Positions 1 to 11,600 of a DNA stretch of 64,000 bases are shown here, piece after piece; position 1 is the stretch's first letter, and each line of letters starts with the position of its first letter. The position numbers were made by a program, and so were the translations under genes. The notes under the pieces are model-generated. The model did not search any database. It saw only the letters and a list, made by a program, of their open reading frames with translations, and was not told where the DNA came from. Location of the stretch: contig NC_086125.1 in NCBI RefSeq assembly GCF_963921235.1, positions 10,540,001 to 10,604,000 of the forward strand, written 5' to 3'. The stretch comes from Mobula hypostoma (taxonomy: Eukaryota).

Positions 1-104
1 CATGACTGTTCTTGGCAGAGTCTTTTTTGTATAGAACTGGTTTGCCTTCGTCTGGGCAGTGTGTTTACAAGACCGGTGACCCCAGCCATTATCAATACAG
101 TTTT

Positions 105-335
105 TCACCCAGAGAGTGGTGGATATATGGAATGCTCTGCCCCAGAAGGCTGTGGAAGCCAAGTCTCTGGACGCTTTCAAGAAAGAGATGGATAGAGCTC
201 TTAAAGATAGCGGAATCAAAGATTATGGGGAGAAGGCAGGAACTGGATATTGATTGTGGATGACAGCCATGATCACAGTGAATGGCGGTGCTAGCTCGAA
301 GGGCTGAATGGCCTACTCCTGCACCTATTGTCTAC
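105..335 (+). mobile_element. CR1 LINE 3' end
   Basis: Closely similar to 58375-58590; tail GAATGGCCTACTCCTGCACCTATTGTCTA. Confidence 0.8.
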
Positions 336-869
336 TGCAGAGACTGTCTGCCTGGCATCAGTGGTCACATAACCAGGACTTGTGATACACACCAGCAGCT
401 GGTACGACTATCCAGCACCTGCTCTCATGGCTTCATGTGACCCTGATCGGGGGGCTACACAGGTGCTACACCTTGTCCAAGGGTGATCTACAGGCTAGCG
501 GAGGGAAGGAGTGCCTTACACCTCCTGTGGTAGAGATGTATCTCACCCACCACTCATCTTAAATAAGGGGGCTAATATCATGCAAGGTATTCCAGGTGTG
601 GCCTCACCAGTATCCTGTACTGTTGAAACAACACTTCCCTATCGGTAAGCTGCACCCCCGCTTTGCAATAATGCTAAGATGATATTTACCTTGCTCCATC
701 TGCCTGCCAACTGATTTTGAAATTTGTGCTCAATTATGGCTGCATCCCTGTGTATACTTCACTCACCCGCAAACTTCCTCCATTTAGCACACAGTCTTGT
801 TGGAGTCCATGAAGAAGTCAGTCACCGTGCTGACTGTGGTACCAAACGTCAATGAGCTGTGCCTCCACT

Positions 870-1535
870 CGAGCAGTTCCTGCCCACGTTGGGAGTCCGT
901 CTGCAAACAAGCAGGATTTCCCAGTGGCTATCCACTTTAATCCCAATCCCCATTCCCATTCCGACAGGTCATCCATTGCCTCCTCTACTAACACGACAAG
1001 GTCATCCATTGCCTCCTCTACTACCACGATGAGGTCATCCATTGCCTCCTCTACTACCACGACGAGGTCATCCATTGCCTCCTCTACTACCACGACGAGG
1101 TCACTCTGAAGGTGGAGGAGAAACACCTCATATTCCATTCAGGTAGCCTCCAACCTGATGGGATGAATATCAATTTCTCCGGTAATTTCTTCCCCTCCCC
1201 ATTCTCTCTTTTTCTATTCCAGCCCCCCCCAACTCTTTCTCTTCTTCTCACCTGCCTTTCATCTTCCCTGATGCCCCCCTCCTTCCCTTTCTCCAATGGT
1301 CCACTATGCTCTCCTATCAGATTCCTCCTTCTTCAACCTTTTGCGTTTTCCACCTATCACCTCCCAGCTTCTCACTTTCCCCCCTCCCCCACCTACCTGG
1401 CTTCCCCCTTCCCCTGGTCCCCCCCCCACCTTATTCCAGCTTCCTTTCTGGTCCTGGTGAAGACCCTCAGCTCGAAACATCCTTTCCACAGATGCTGCCT
1501 GACCTGCTGAGTTCCTCCAGCATTTTGTTTGTGTT
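870..1535 (+). mobile_element. Penelope-like element 3' fragment (GIY-YIG C-terminus and tail)
   Basis: PVAIHFN...EEKHLIFHSGSLQPDGMNINFS; degenerate hammerhead core near 1451-1480. Confidence 0.8.
966..1103 (+). repeat. 33 bp tandem repeat, about 4 copies, inside the Penelope fragment
   Basis: Unit GAGGTCATCCATTGCCTCCTCTACTACCACGAC. Confidence 0.9.
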
Positions 1536-1834
1536 ACGGCTGATCATGGGAAGATGCGCAGGCACGTTCCAGTCACTAGAAGCAGGACTAATCCACTTCT
1601 GGCTAACCATCTCTGAACAAAACTTGCTTTCAAAGTAATGGAAGGCGTCAAATGGTACTTGCTCGCCGGTGCCCAGCTTGGATTTTGGGAGGAAGATCTG
1701 GTTGCAGACCTCATCACAACCTCTGTCTACAACGAACTTGAGTCCAGAGGTGAGGTGAGAGTGACTGTCTCTGACATTGCGACAGCACTGACTGAGAGTA
1801 GCATCACACTGCCCTAACAAAAATGAAGTCTATT

Positions 1835-2117
1835 TATTTATTGATTGAGATACAGCACGGAATTGGCTAATTTCTGCCCTTCATGCCACGCCACTGGTAA
1901 TCCTCCAACTTAATCCTAGACTAATCACGGGACAATTTACAATAACTAATTTACCTACCAACCAGTATATACTTTGGACTGTGGGAGGAAACTGGAGCAC
2001 CCGGAGGAAACCCACACGGTCACGGGGAGAACGTACAGACCCCTTACAGGCAGTGGGTGGGAATTGAACCCCGTTCGCCTGTACTGTAAAGCGTTGTGCT
2101 AACCACTACGCCGTCCC
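1835..2117 (-). mobile_element. tRNA-derived SINE (V-SINE/HE1-like); further copies near 15940-16290, 25520-25790, 37825-38107, 45870-46110, 46255-46500 and 58675-59010
   Basis: A/B-box-like head on the minus strand and conserved core TGTGGGAGGAAACCGGAGCACCCGGAGGAAACCCAC. Confidence 0.8.
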
Positions 2118-3497
2118 AAGTCAAAGGCCACCCAATGGTTGGAATCAAACCTCGCCCAAAGGGGACGTGAATGGACGTAATTCCAGCCCCGGGGAACAGC
2201 AGCAGTGCGCCGAACCTTTTTTATCAATGACCCTTCTTCCATCGCCGTGTCAGCAGTGTGCCACTGATGGTGGCACTATGGCCAAGCCCCTCAGCAAATG
2301 AAGCAATGATTACCTCCAACCAGAGAAGACGTAACCACCGCCCCCCTGACAATGACCATCTCCAGCAGGACAGGACCTCACCACCTACCCTTGACGTTCA
2401 CTGGCCTTGCACTGCTGGGTCTCTCCATCAATACCCTGTGAGTCAGCATTGAAGAGGAGCTCACACGGGCCAGCAGGTCAGGGGTTAGGTGTCCCGTGGA
2501 GTGATTCACCTAGCGACATGTCAAGGCACTTGACGGGACACTCTTCTTATCTGTTTGATTATGGAGGCAACATCTCTCAACAAGCATGACACTATTCACT
2601 TCAAAGCACCTCATCCACGACCGAAATTGTTGTTCCCTCCACCACCAGTGCACAGTGACTGCAGTATGTACCAATTAGAAAATGCCCGGGCCACTTTGTC
2701 AACACTTTCCCAAATCCACTTCTCTCAACAAGAGAACATGGGGCACACCATCACCTGCAGGTTCTATCCTAAGCTGCACACCACCCTGTCTTGGAAATAC
2801 ATGGCCAAACCTCTATCACCTCTGGGTCTGTCACACCTCTATCACCTCCTGGAACTGTCCACCCCACCTTCACCAGCACTACCGCAGCGGGTCAAGAGGT
2901 GCCTCCCTCCCACCTCCTCAACGGCACTCAGGCATGGGCAATGGAGTAGAAGTCAAATCTGATTGTCATATGCACTGTCACACTTAACTCGCAGCGGGGC
3001 CATGGCCACATGGAATCATTTGTGACCGGGTTTTGGTCACCCGGCCAAAAAAGTTGGAAAGCGTGCAGAGCAGGTTTAACATATGGGTTTCTTCCGGGTG
3101 CTCGTTTTTTTTCCCTCACACATTCAAAGGACGTTGGGGTTAGTAGGTTAATTTGTCATATGGGTGTGACTGGGTCGCGTCGACCTGTGACTCAGATCCA
3201 GCAGGTGAGCGTGTCCATACATGGGGATTTATCGCCTTCATCCCATCAACTTCTTCAATGTTGCGACAAAATCTGCTGCTAGTTCCCTCCAGTTCCCCCA
3301 TAGACTGTGTTTTCCAGTATTTCTGTGACCTTTAACGTGGACACAGTCACAAGTTGTTTATCTTTCCCCCACCGTTTCCCATTTCCCAGTGCAGTTCCTC
3401 CTGCACCAGCCTGAGTGCCTGCAAGGTAGATTTCGCACCCCCAGGCAGGGACCAGAGGCTCGCCCCCACGCCACCATTAACTTTGATCATACACTTC

Positions 3498-3950
3498 ACT
3501 TACACTGACTTATGACGAGTCCCCACACATGCTCAGTGCCGCCTCCACATCCTCATCAGGGTGACTCTCCCCCCGGAAATTCTGACGCTCATTTCCGGAC
3601 TCCTCCGCACTTGCCGATGCGTCACTGCAGTTCTGCGGAGGCACCGGCAGGGGGCAGGACAGCGGGGCAGGGGGGAGGCGCTGCGCTGCCAGAACCCGGG
3701 TCCACCCGAGTCCTCCCCACCGGCGGAGGCGCGGTGGAGCAGAAGCCACGTCATCAGACGGGGAGAGGGGGGGTAAGAACGGCCACCCGCGAGTCGATGA
3801 CAGTTTAACCACAGGTGGCGCTGTGGAGGGAGACGCGTCATCAGCCAGCGAAGGGCTGCACCAGCGGCAAGCCACCAGCAGGGGGAGCAGCGGAGAGACC
3901 CTGAGTTGTCAAATAACAGCCAATCACCTGCAGCGGCTGCGATGGGCGAA
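3498..3950. promoter_or_regulatory. CpG-rich promoter-like island with ETS, CRE half-site and CTCF-like motifs
   Basis: Inverted CCGGAAAT/ATTTCCGG pair near 3573-3598; several TGACG/CGTCA; CCAGCAGGGGGAGC at 3875-3888; minus-strand donor GTAAGT at 3503-3498. Confidence 0.5.
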
Positions 3951-4082
3951 AAGTCAAATGTGATTGTCATATGCAATGTCGAACTTATTTGCAGTGGGGT
4001 CACGGCCACATGGAATCATTTGCGACCAGTTTTGGTCACCCTCCCAAAATATGGAAAGAGGGCAGAGCAGATTTAACCAATG

Positions 4083-4604
4083 ATGAAGCCACACTCAGGT
4101 TGGAGGAACAACACCTTATATTCCGTCTGGGTAGCCTCCAACCTGATGGCATGAACATCGACTTCTCTAACTTCCGCTAATGCCCCACCTCCCCCTCGTA
4201 CCCCATCTGTTACTTATTTTTATACACACATTCTTTCTCTCACTCTCCTTTTTCTCCCTCTGTCCCTCTGAATATACCCCTTGCCCATCCTCTGGGTTCC
4301 CCCCCCCCGCTTGTCTTTCTCCCTGGACCTCCTCTCCCATGATCCTCTCGTATCCCTTTTGCCTATCACCTGTCCAGCTCTTGGCTCCATCTCTCCCCCT
4401 CCTGTCTTCTCCTAACATTTTGGATCTCCCCCTCCCACTCTCAAATCCCTTACTCACTCTTCCTTCAGTTAGTCCTGACGAAGGGTCTCGGCCTGAGACG
4501 TCGACTGCACCTCTTCCTAGAGATGCTGCCTGGCCTGCTGCGTTCACTAGCAACTTTAATGTGTGTTGCTTGAATTTCCAGCATCTGCAGAATTCCTGTT
4601 GTTT
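4083..4604 (+). mobile_element. Young Penelope-like 3' fragment with 16 bp TSD
   Basis: EATLRLEEQHLIFRLGSLQPDGMNIDFSNF; GCAGATTTAACCAATG at 4067-4082 and 4605-4620; hammerhead at 4470-4507 with GAAA changed to GAGA. Confidence 0.9.
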
Positions 4605-5129
4605 GCAGATTTAACCAATGTGGGTTTCTTCCGGGTGCTCCGGTTTTCAAAAGACGTCCTGATTAGGAGTTTAATTGGTCGTATGGGTGTGATTGGGAGA
4701 TGTCGACTCGTTGGGTCTTATCTTTAAAAAATACTCGTAACAGTGAGAAACAATTTAGTACAGGTGGTAGAGGAGGTGGGCGGAACAAAGGGAATTTGTT
4801 GAGTCAGAATTCAGATTATTGTCATAAACATCAGGGTGTAATGACATTCCTTGCTAGTATGAATGGCACAGAGTAAATAGTACACCCTGGAATGGGTCAA
4901 AGTCTCGTATTTCCAACTGAATTAGTGACAATAAGGGAAGAGGTAGAATTGAAGATCTGAGAATGTGTCAGCACCATGGGAAGAAATGTGAAATTACTGT
5001 GTTTCAGAAATTTACATGCAGTGGAGACAAAGCTGATCCCGAGTCTGGACGAGGGTTTTGAACCTCTTGTATCTTTCCTAGAAGGTAGAAGAATGAGCCC
5101 ATGTTTGGCCATCGCTGGAACAGATTTGA

Positions 5130-6140
5130 TGCGGCAGAACTGAGGTGGGCCAGAGCCGAGGCAGTGGAGACCAGGCCTGGGCCTGAGAGCAAGGAAAAGC
5201 CTGAGGCTTGATCGGTTCAAGCGCCAGTTCAAATTGGAAGGGTCAGGTATGGGCCAAATTGAGGTGGTGGGGCCCGGGCCTGAAGGCGTATTGAAACAAC
5301 AGGGGCTAGGCCTGAGGGCATATTGAAATGACAGGGCCCGGGCCTGAGGGCGTATTGAAATGACAGGGCCCAGGCCTGAGAGCATATTGAAACGACAGGG
5401 CCCGGGTCTGAGGCTGTACTGAAATGACAGGGCCCGGGCCTGAGAGCATATTGAAACGACAGGGCCCCGGTTTGAGAGTGTATTGGAACGACAGGGCCCG
5501 GGCCTGAGAGCATATTGAAATGACAGGGCCCCGGTTTGAGAGTGTATTGGAACGACAAGGCCCAGGCCTGAGAGCATATTGAAACGACAGGGCCCCGGTT
5601 TGAGAGTGTATTGGAACGACAGGGCCCGGGCCTGAGAGCATATTGAAATGACAGGGCCCCGGTTTGAGAGTGTATTGGAACGACAAGGCCCGGGCCTGAG
5701 AGCATATTGAAACGACAGGGCCCAGGGTTGAGCGCGTATTGAAACGACAGGGCCCGGGCCTGAGAGTGAGGAATGGAGGATTTAACTCGAGGTTTGGACG
5801 ATTTAAGCACCGGGCCAGATTGAAAAGATCAGGATGTCGGGGCTAGAGGTGAGGGACAGGCTGATTCAGCTCGCTGTTCGGTGAGCCTTACTGTCTCTCA
5901 CTGAACTGAGGCTGTGGCCTGCAATAGATAGGCTCCTGAATCGCTGCAGTGATACCTGGCTTTGTTGCTATGGACTCACAGTTCTGAATGTCATTTCTTA
6001 CTTTTATTGTTTGCATGATTTTTTTTCCCCAGCACATTGGGTATTAGACCATCTTTTTTTAAAATGGGTCCTATTAGGTTTCTTTGTTTCGTGGCCGCCC
6101 GTAAAGGTTGCATATAATATACATGCTTTGAACTTTGAAA
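5130..6140 (+). mobile_element. Non-autonomous retroposon-like repeat, copy 1 (hosts the 32-mer array)
   Basis: 3' part is homologous to 11490-11932; ends TTTGAACTTTGAA. The 5' boundary is approximate. Confidence 0.6.
5277..5768 (+). repeat. 32 bp minisatellite, about 15 copies, partly alternating A/B variants
   Basis: Unit GGCCTGAGAGCATATTGAAACGACAGGGCCCG; starts at 5341, 5373, 5405, 5437, 5469, 5501, 5533, 5565. Confidence 0.95.
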
Positions 6141-6528
6141 AGAGAATGGCCAGGCCAGCAGGCATCCTCAGTAATATTGTTAACCTTCCTGGTGCAAAGC
6201 TGGTGCAGTGGCTGGAAGAAGGTTGTAGACTTGTGATAGACTGGGCAGCGTTTATCACTCTCTGCAGGTTCCAGCAGTCCAGAGAAGAGTAGGTGCTGCG
6301 TTAGGCTGAGCTGCAACCCACCAGGACACTTTCAGAAGTTTGAAACAATCCTTGTGAACAAGTCAAATCTTCTCGGATGCTTAACAAAATGCATACAATA
6401 TGGAGATCAAGGGCAATTAAGATCTGATTTTTTTTTCTTTGTGTGTAAAGTGCTACTGGTAAGACCGAACACAGGAAAGTAAGAACAGGAGTAGGCCACT
6501 CGGCCTCTCGAACCATTTAATATCATTA

Positions 6529-7090
6529 CAGACATTCCACCTCTCCCGGAAGTTCCGGGAGTCTTCCGTAAATTAATAGTGGCTCCCTGATGCCCGCAAA
6601 TTATATACAATGTCCTGGAAATTGATTTTTTTTGAGACCGAGCGTGAGAGAGCACGCGAGAGAGAGCGACCACGAGCGAGAGAGCGCGCGATAGAGCGAG
6701 AGCAAGAGCAAGAGCGAGAGAGTTCCAAAAAAAGTCAGAATGGCAGAGTGTTCCAAAAAAAGAAAATATAAAACGTACGTCAGCCCAGACTACACTAAAG
6801 TGTACCCCTGCTAACAGGGGTCAAACTAATGACAGTGTTGCTCGCTGCGCTGTTTGCAACAGAGACTTTTCTATTGCCCATGGTGGGTTAAGACCGTAAA
6901 AGACATGTTGAGGTGAGTTTAACAGGTGTCATTCGTTCATTAGCATAGCTAACGTTATTTAAACTAGCTGGCTAGCTGCTAAGGAGCTACTCTATTGCAG
7001 ACATCCCACCTCTCCCGGAAGTTCTGGGAGTCTCCTGCAAATTGATGGTGCTACCTCCCTGAAATGAGTTTTTGCAGAGTGGGATGTCTG
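6529..7090. mobile_element. Non-autonomous DNA transposon (MITE-like), superfamily uncertain
   Basis: 12 bp TIR CAGACAT(T/C)CCAC...GTGGGATGTCTG; imperfect 6 bp flanks TCATTA/TCATCA; internal second copy of the left end at 6998. Confidence 0.7.
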
Positions 7091-8609
7091 TCATCATGAA
7101 CAATCTGTGGTGGCGATGAAGGCTGGTACATCAGGGCTATTTAAGAGAATCCTAGATAGACACATGGAGAAAGAAATATGGAGTATGTGGGCTATGTAGG
7201 AGGGAAGGGTTACATCGATTGTAGAGTAGGTTTAAAAAGTCAGCACAACGTCGTGGGACGAAGGGCCTCTACTGTTCTGTGTTCAAAAATGACCAGTTAT
7301 TACCAAGAGAAAGAAAGGGAAAGTGAGTTGTTTAAAGTAGAAAATTCAATACCAAGTTCTTCAAGCTGTAAAGTGCCCAGTCAGATGTTCTCAAGCTTGT
7401 ATGCCGCCTCATTGTAACAGGGCAGATGGCCGCAGACAGGAAGTGCGGATTGGGAGGCAGGCCAGTGGAAGCTCAGGGTGACTTTTGCAAAGGACGTACC
7501 GTTCAGCAAAGCGATGATTGTGTGCAGAGTGTGTGCTAGCCGCCAAGTTACCAGCAGAGGGAGCTGCTGTGGTCAACCCGAGTTACCTGCAGTGAATCGG
7601 ATGAATCAGAAGTTTGGGAGGGTGGTATTAATAATCACAAGCAGGAAGTGGTCTGCATCAGTGTCCCGATGCAGGGTCTTGGCCCGAAATGTCAACTGTT
7701 CACTCTTTTCCATAGATGTTGCCTGGCCTGCTGAGTTCCTCCAGCGTTTTGTGTGTGTTGTTTTGGATCTCCAGCATCTGCAGATTTTCTCATCTTAGTG
7801 GTCTGCACCAGCTGGTGGCGCCTTGCATTAACTTCTCCCTAAGTTACCAACAGGACCGAGGCAGTAACCTCAAGCCTCCAGCAAGGGTGCAATGTAATAA
7901 CTCCAGTAAGAGCTAGGGAAAAGGCTGCTGGCTTTACACACCCCTGCCCAGGGAAAACACCAACTCCCTCTCGTGTAGTGCAATTAAGTTTCAATAAGCT
8001 TACCTGCGCATCTTGTAAACTCATTCTCCTCAGAAGAATCCTCCCCCGCCTCAGCCCAGGAATTAATTTGGTGATCTTTCTTTGTGCTCTGTCTATCACA
8101 AATACAGTAGATCCTTCCCTAGTTAGGGCGATCAGACCTATCCACAACATCCCTTTCTAGACCACTCTGTGTATCCAGTAAAAGTAGCTTTATCCTCGGA
8201 CTCAATTCTCCTATCCTAAAGGCCAACGCGTTCTTTTCCTTCCTGATTCTTGCCCTGCCTGCACATTGACGCATCCTTACTACCCCAAATCCCACACGTT
8301 CTAATTGTGTTTAATAATCTCTTAACAGCACCTTGTTGAAGGCCTCTGTAAATACGAATAAATACCATCCACTTGTCCACTATCGATTCTGCTAGTTACA
8401 ATCTCAAAAATTAACAGATTTGTAAAACATAATTTCCAATTTATAAATGCACATTGAAATTGTCCATCTGAACTTCTGGTGTAAGATGACAGAACAGAGG
8501 ATGAGCAACAACTTGCTCATGGTTTTCAACGCAAGGAATGCAACTAAATGCGCTATTAATAACACTTTTTCCTGTGGAAAGTCACGGTAAATGATCACCA
8601 GAAATAATG

Positions 8610-11600
8610 AAGAGGTGAGTGAAGACGAGTCTGACCTGGGGGGTGCGAGGCAGAATCGGAGCGAGGTCGAGGCATGTTTGAGACGGAGTCGGGGCGAGGT
8701 CGAGGCCTGTTTGAGTCGGGGCGAGGTCGAGGCATGTTTGAGTCGGGGCGAGGTCGAGGCCTGTTCGAGTCGGAGTCGGGGCGAGGTCGAGGCCTGTTCG
8801 AGTCGGGGCGAGGTCGAGGCATGTTTGAGACGGGGCGAGGTCGAGGCATGTTTGAGTCGGGGCGAGGTCGAGGCATGTTTGAGACGGAGTCGGGGCGAGG
8901 TCGAGGCCTGTTCGAGTCGGGGCGAGGTCGAGGCCTGTTCGAGTCGGGGCGAGGTCGAGGCATGTTCGAGATGGAGTTGGAGCGAGGTCGAGGCCTGTTC
9001 GAGTCGGGGCGAGGTCGAGGCCTGTTCGAGTCGGGGCGAGGTCGAGGCATGTTCGAGTCGGAGCGAGGTCGAGGCATGTTCGAGATGGGGTCGGGGCGAG
9101 GTCGAGGCATGTTTGAGTCGGGGCGAGGTCGAGGCCTGTTCGAGTCGGAGCGAGGTCGAGGCCTGTTCGAGTCGGGGCGAGGTCGAGGCCTGTTCGAGTC
9201 GGGGCGAGGTCGAGGCCTGTTCGAGTCGGAGCGAGGTCGAGGCCTGTTCGAGTCGGGGCGAGGTCGAGGCATGTTCGAGGCCTGTTCGAGTTGGAGCGAG
9301 GTCGAGGCCTGTTCGAGTCGGGGCGAGGTCGAGGCATGTTCGAGTCGGGGCGAGGTCGAGGCCTGTTCGAGTCGGGGCGAGGTCGAGGCATGTTCGAGTC
9401 GGGGCGAGGTCGAGGCATGTTCGAGTCGGGGCGAGGTCGAGGCATGTTCGAGTCGGGGCGAGGTCGAGGCATGTTCGAGTCGGGGCGAGGTCGAGGCATG
9501 TTCGAGTCGGAGCGAGGTCGAGGCCTGTTCGAGTCGGGGCGAGGTCGAGGCATGTTCGAGTCGGAGCGAGGTCGAGGCCTGTTCGAGATGGGGTCGGGGC
9601 GAGGTCGAGGCATGTTCGAGTCGGAGCGAGGTCGAGGCCTGTTCGAGTCGGAGCGAGGTCGAGGCCTGTTCGAGTCGGGGCGAGGTCGAGGCATGTTCGA
9701 GTCGGGGCGAGGTCGAGGCCTGTTCGAGTCGGGGCGAGGTCGAGGCCTGTTCGAGTCGGGGCGAGGTCGAGGCCTGTTCGAGTCGGGGCGAGGTCGAGGC
9801 CTGTTCGAGTCGGGGCGAGGTCGAGGCCTGTTCGAGTCGGAGCGAGGTCGAGGCCTGTTCGAGTCGGAGCGAGGTCGAGGCCTGTTCGAGTCGGAGCGAG
9901 GTCGAGGCATGTTCGAGTCGGAGCGAGGTCGAGGCCTGTTCGAGTCGGGGCGAGGTCGAGGCCTGTTCGAGTCGGAGCGAGGTCGAGGCCTGTTCGAGTC
10001 GGAGCGAGGTCGAGGCCTGTTCGAGTCGGGGCGAGGTCGAGGCCTGTTCGAGTCGGGGCGAGGTCGAGGCATGTTCGAGTCGGGGCGAGGTCGAGGCCTG
10101 TTCGAGTCGGAGCGAGGTCGAGGCCTGTTCGAGTCGGAGCGAGGTCGAGGCCTGTTCGAGTCGGGGCGAGGTCGAGGCCTGTTCGAGTCGGGGCGAGGTC
10201 GAGGCCTGTTCGAGTCGGAGCGAGGTCGAGGCCTGTTCGAGTCGGAGCGAGGTCCAGGCATGTTCGAGATGGAGTTGGAGCGAGGTCGAGGCCTGTTCGA
10301 GTTGGAGCGAGGTCGAGGCCTGTTCGAGTTGGAGCGAGGTCCAGGCATGTTCGAGATGGAGTCGGAGCGAGGTCGAGGCCTGTTCGAGTCGGAGCGAGGT
10401 CGAGGCATGTTTGAGACGGAGTCGGGGCGAGGTCGAGGCATGTTCGAGTCGGGGCGAGGTCGAGGCATGTTCGAGTCGGAGCGAGGTCGAGGCCTGTTCG
10501 AGTCGGGGCGAGGTCGAGGCCTGTTCGAGTCGGAGCGAGGTCCAGGCATGTTCGAGATGGAGTTGGAGCGAGGTCGAGGCCTGTTCGAGTTGGAGCGAGG
10601 TCGAGGCCTGTTCGAGTCGGGGCGAGGTCGAGGCATGTTTGAGACGGAGTCGGGGCGAGGTCGAGGCATGTTCGAGTCGGGGCGAGGTCGAGGCATGTTC
10701 GAGTCGGGGCGAGGTCGAGGCCTGTTCGAGTCGGAGCGAGGTCGAGGCCTGTTCGAGTCGGAGCGAGGTCGAGGCATGTTCGAGATGGAGTTGGAGCGAG
10801 GTCGAGGCCTGTTCGAGTTGGAGCGAGGTCGAGGCCTGTTCGAGTCGGAGCGAGGTCCAGGCATGTTCGAGATGGAGTCGGAGCGAGGTCGAGGCCTGTT
10901 CGAGTTGGAGCGAGGTCGAGGCATGTTCGAGATGGAGTTGGAGCGAGGTCGAGGCCTGTTCGAGTTGGAGCGAGGTCGAGGCCTGTTCGAGTCGGAGCGA
11001 GGTCGAGGCCTGTTCGAGTCGGGGCGAGGTCGAGGCCTGTTCGAGTCGGAGCGAGGTCGAGGCCTGTTCGAGTCGGGGCGAGGTCGAGGCATGTTCGAGT
11101 CGGAGCGAGGTCGAGGCCTGTTCGAGTCGGGGCGAGGTCGAGGCCTGTTCGAGTCGGAGCGAGGTCCAGGCATGTTCGAGATGGAGTTGGAGCGAGGTCG
11201 AGGCCTGTTCGAGTTGGAGCGAGGTCGAGGCATGTTCGAGATGGAGTTGGAGCGAGGTCGAGGCCTGTTCGAGTCGGAGCGAGGTCGAGGCATGTTTGAG
11301 ACGGAGACGGAGCGAGGTCCAAGCATGTTTGAGTTGGAGTGAGGTCGAGCCTGTTCGAGGCGGAGTCAGGGTTGTTTCAGAGCCAGTGCATCGAAGTGCC
11401 CGGCTAATTTAGAAAGGTTGAGTATGGGCCAGAGTGCGGGCCAGGCCCAGAGCGTGTCGCAGTGACTGGGTCCGAGTGTGGGGGACGACCTGGTGTTTGG
11501 GCAATTTAAACGCCGGGCCAGATGCCCTGACAAGGCAGGGTGAGGGGACTGAAGGTGGGGGGTCGGGCCAATTCTGCTCCACAACTTTTACTCTGCTCTT

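Noticed and set aside
1638-1755. Plus-strand mini-exon MEGVKWYLLAG...ELESR followed by GTGAG
   Set aside because: No recognisable homology or partner exon. It is kept only as an alternative reading of the orphan block.
2040-2117. tRNA-like A/B box sequences here and at other SINE heads
   Set aside because: They are attached to SINE core and tail and do not form a full cloverleaf.
4897-5810. Overlapping minus-strand ORFs of 126-226 aa
   Set aside because: These are translations of the 32 bp minisatellite.
8656-11362. Possible CRISPR-like array
   Set aside because: There are no unique spacers and no cas genes, and the context is vertebrate. It is a plain tandem repeat.
8404-11412. Five ORFs of 600-970 aa on both strands
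   Set aside because: They are products of a 27 bp unit that lacks stop codons. There is no domain or splice context, and all frames are equally open.
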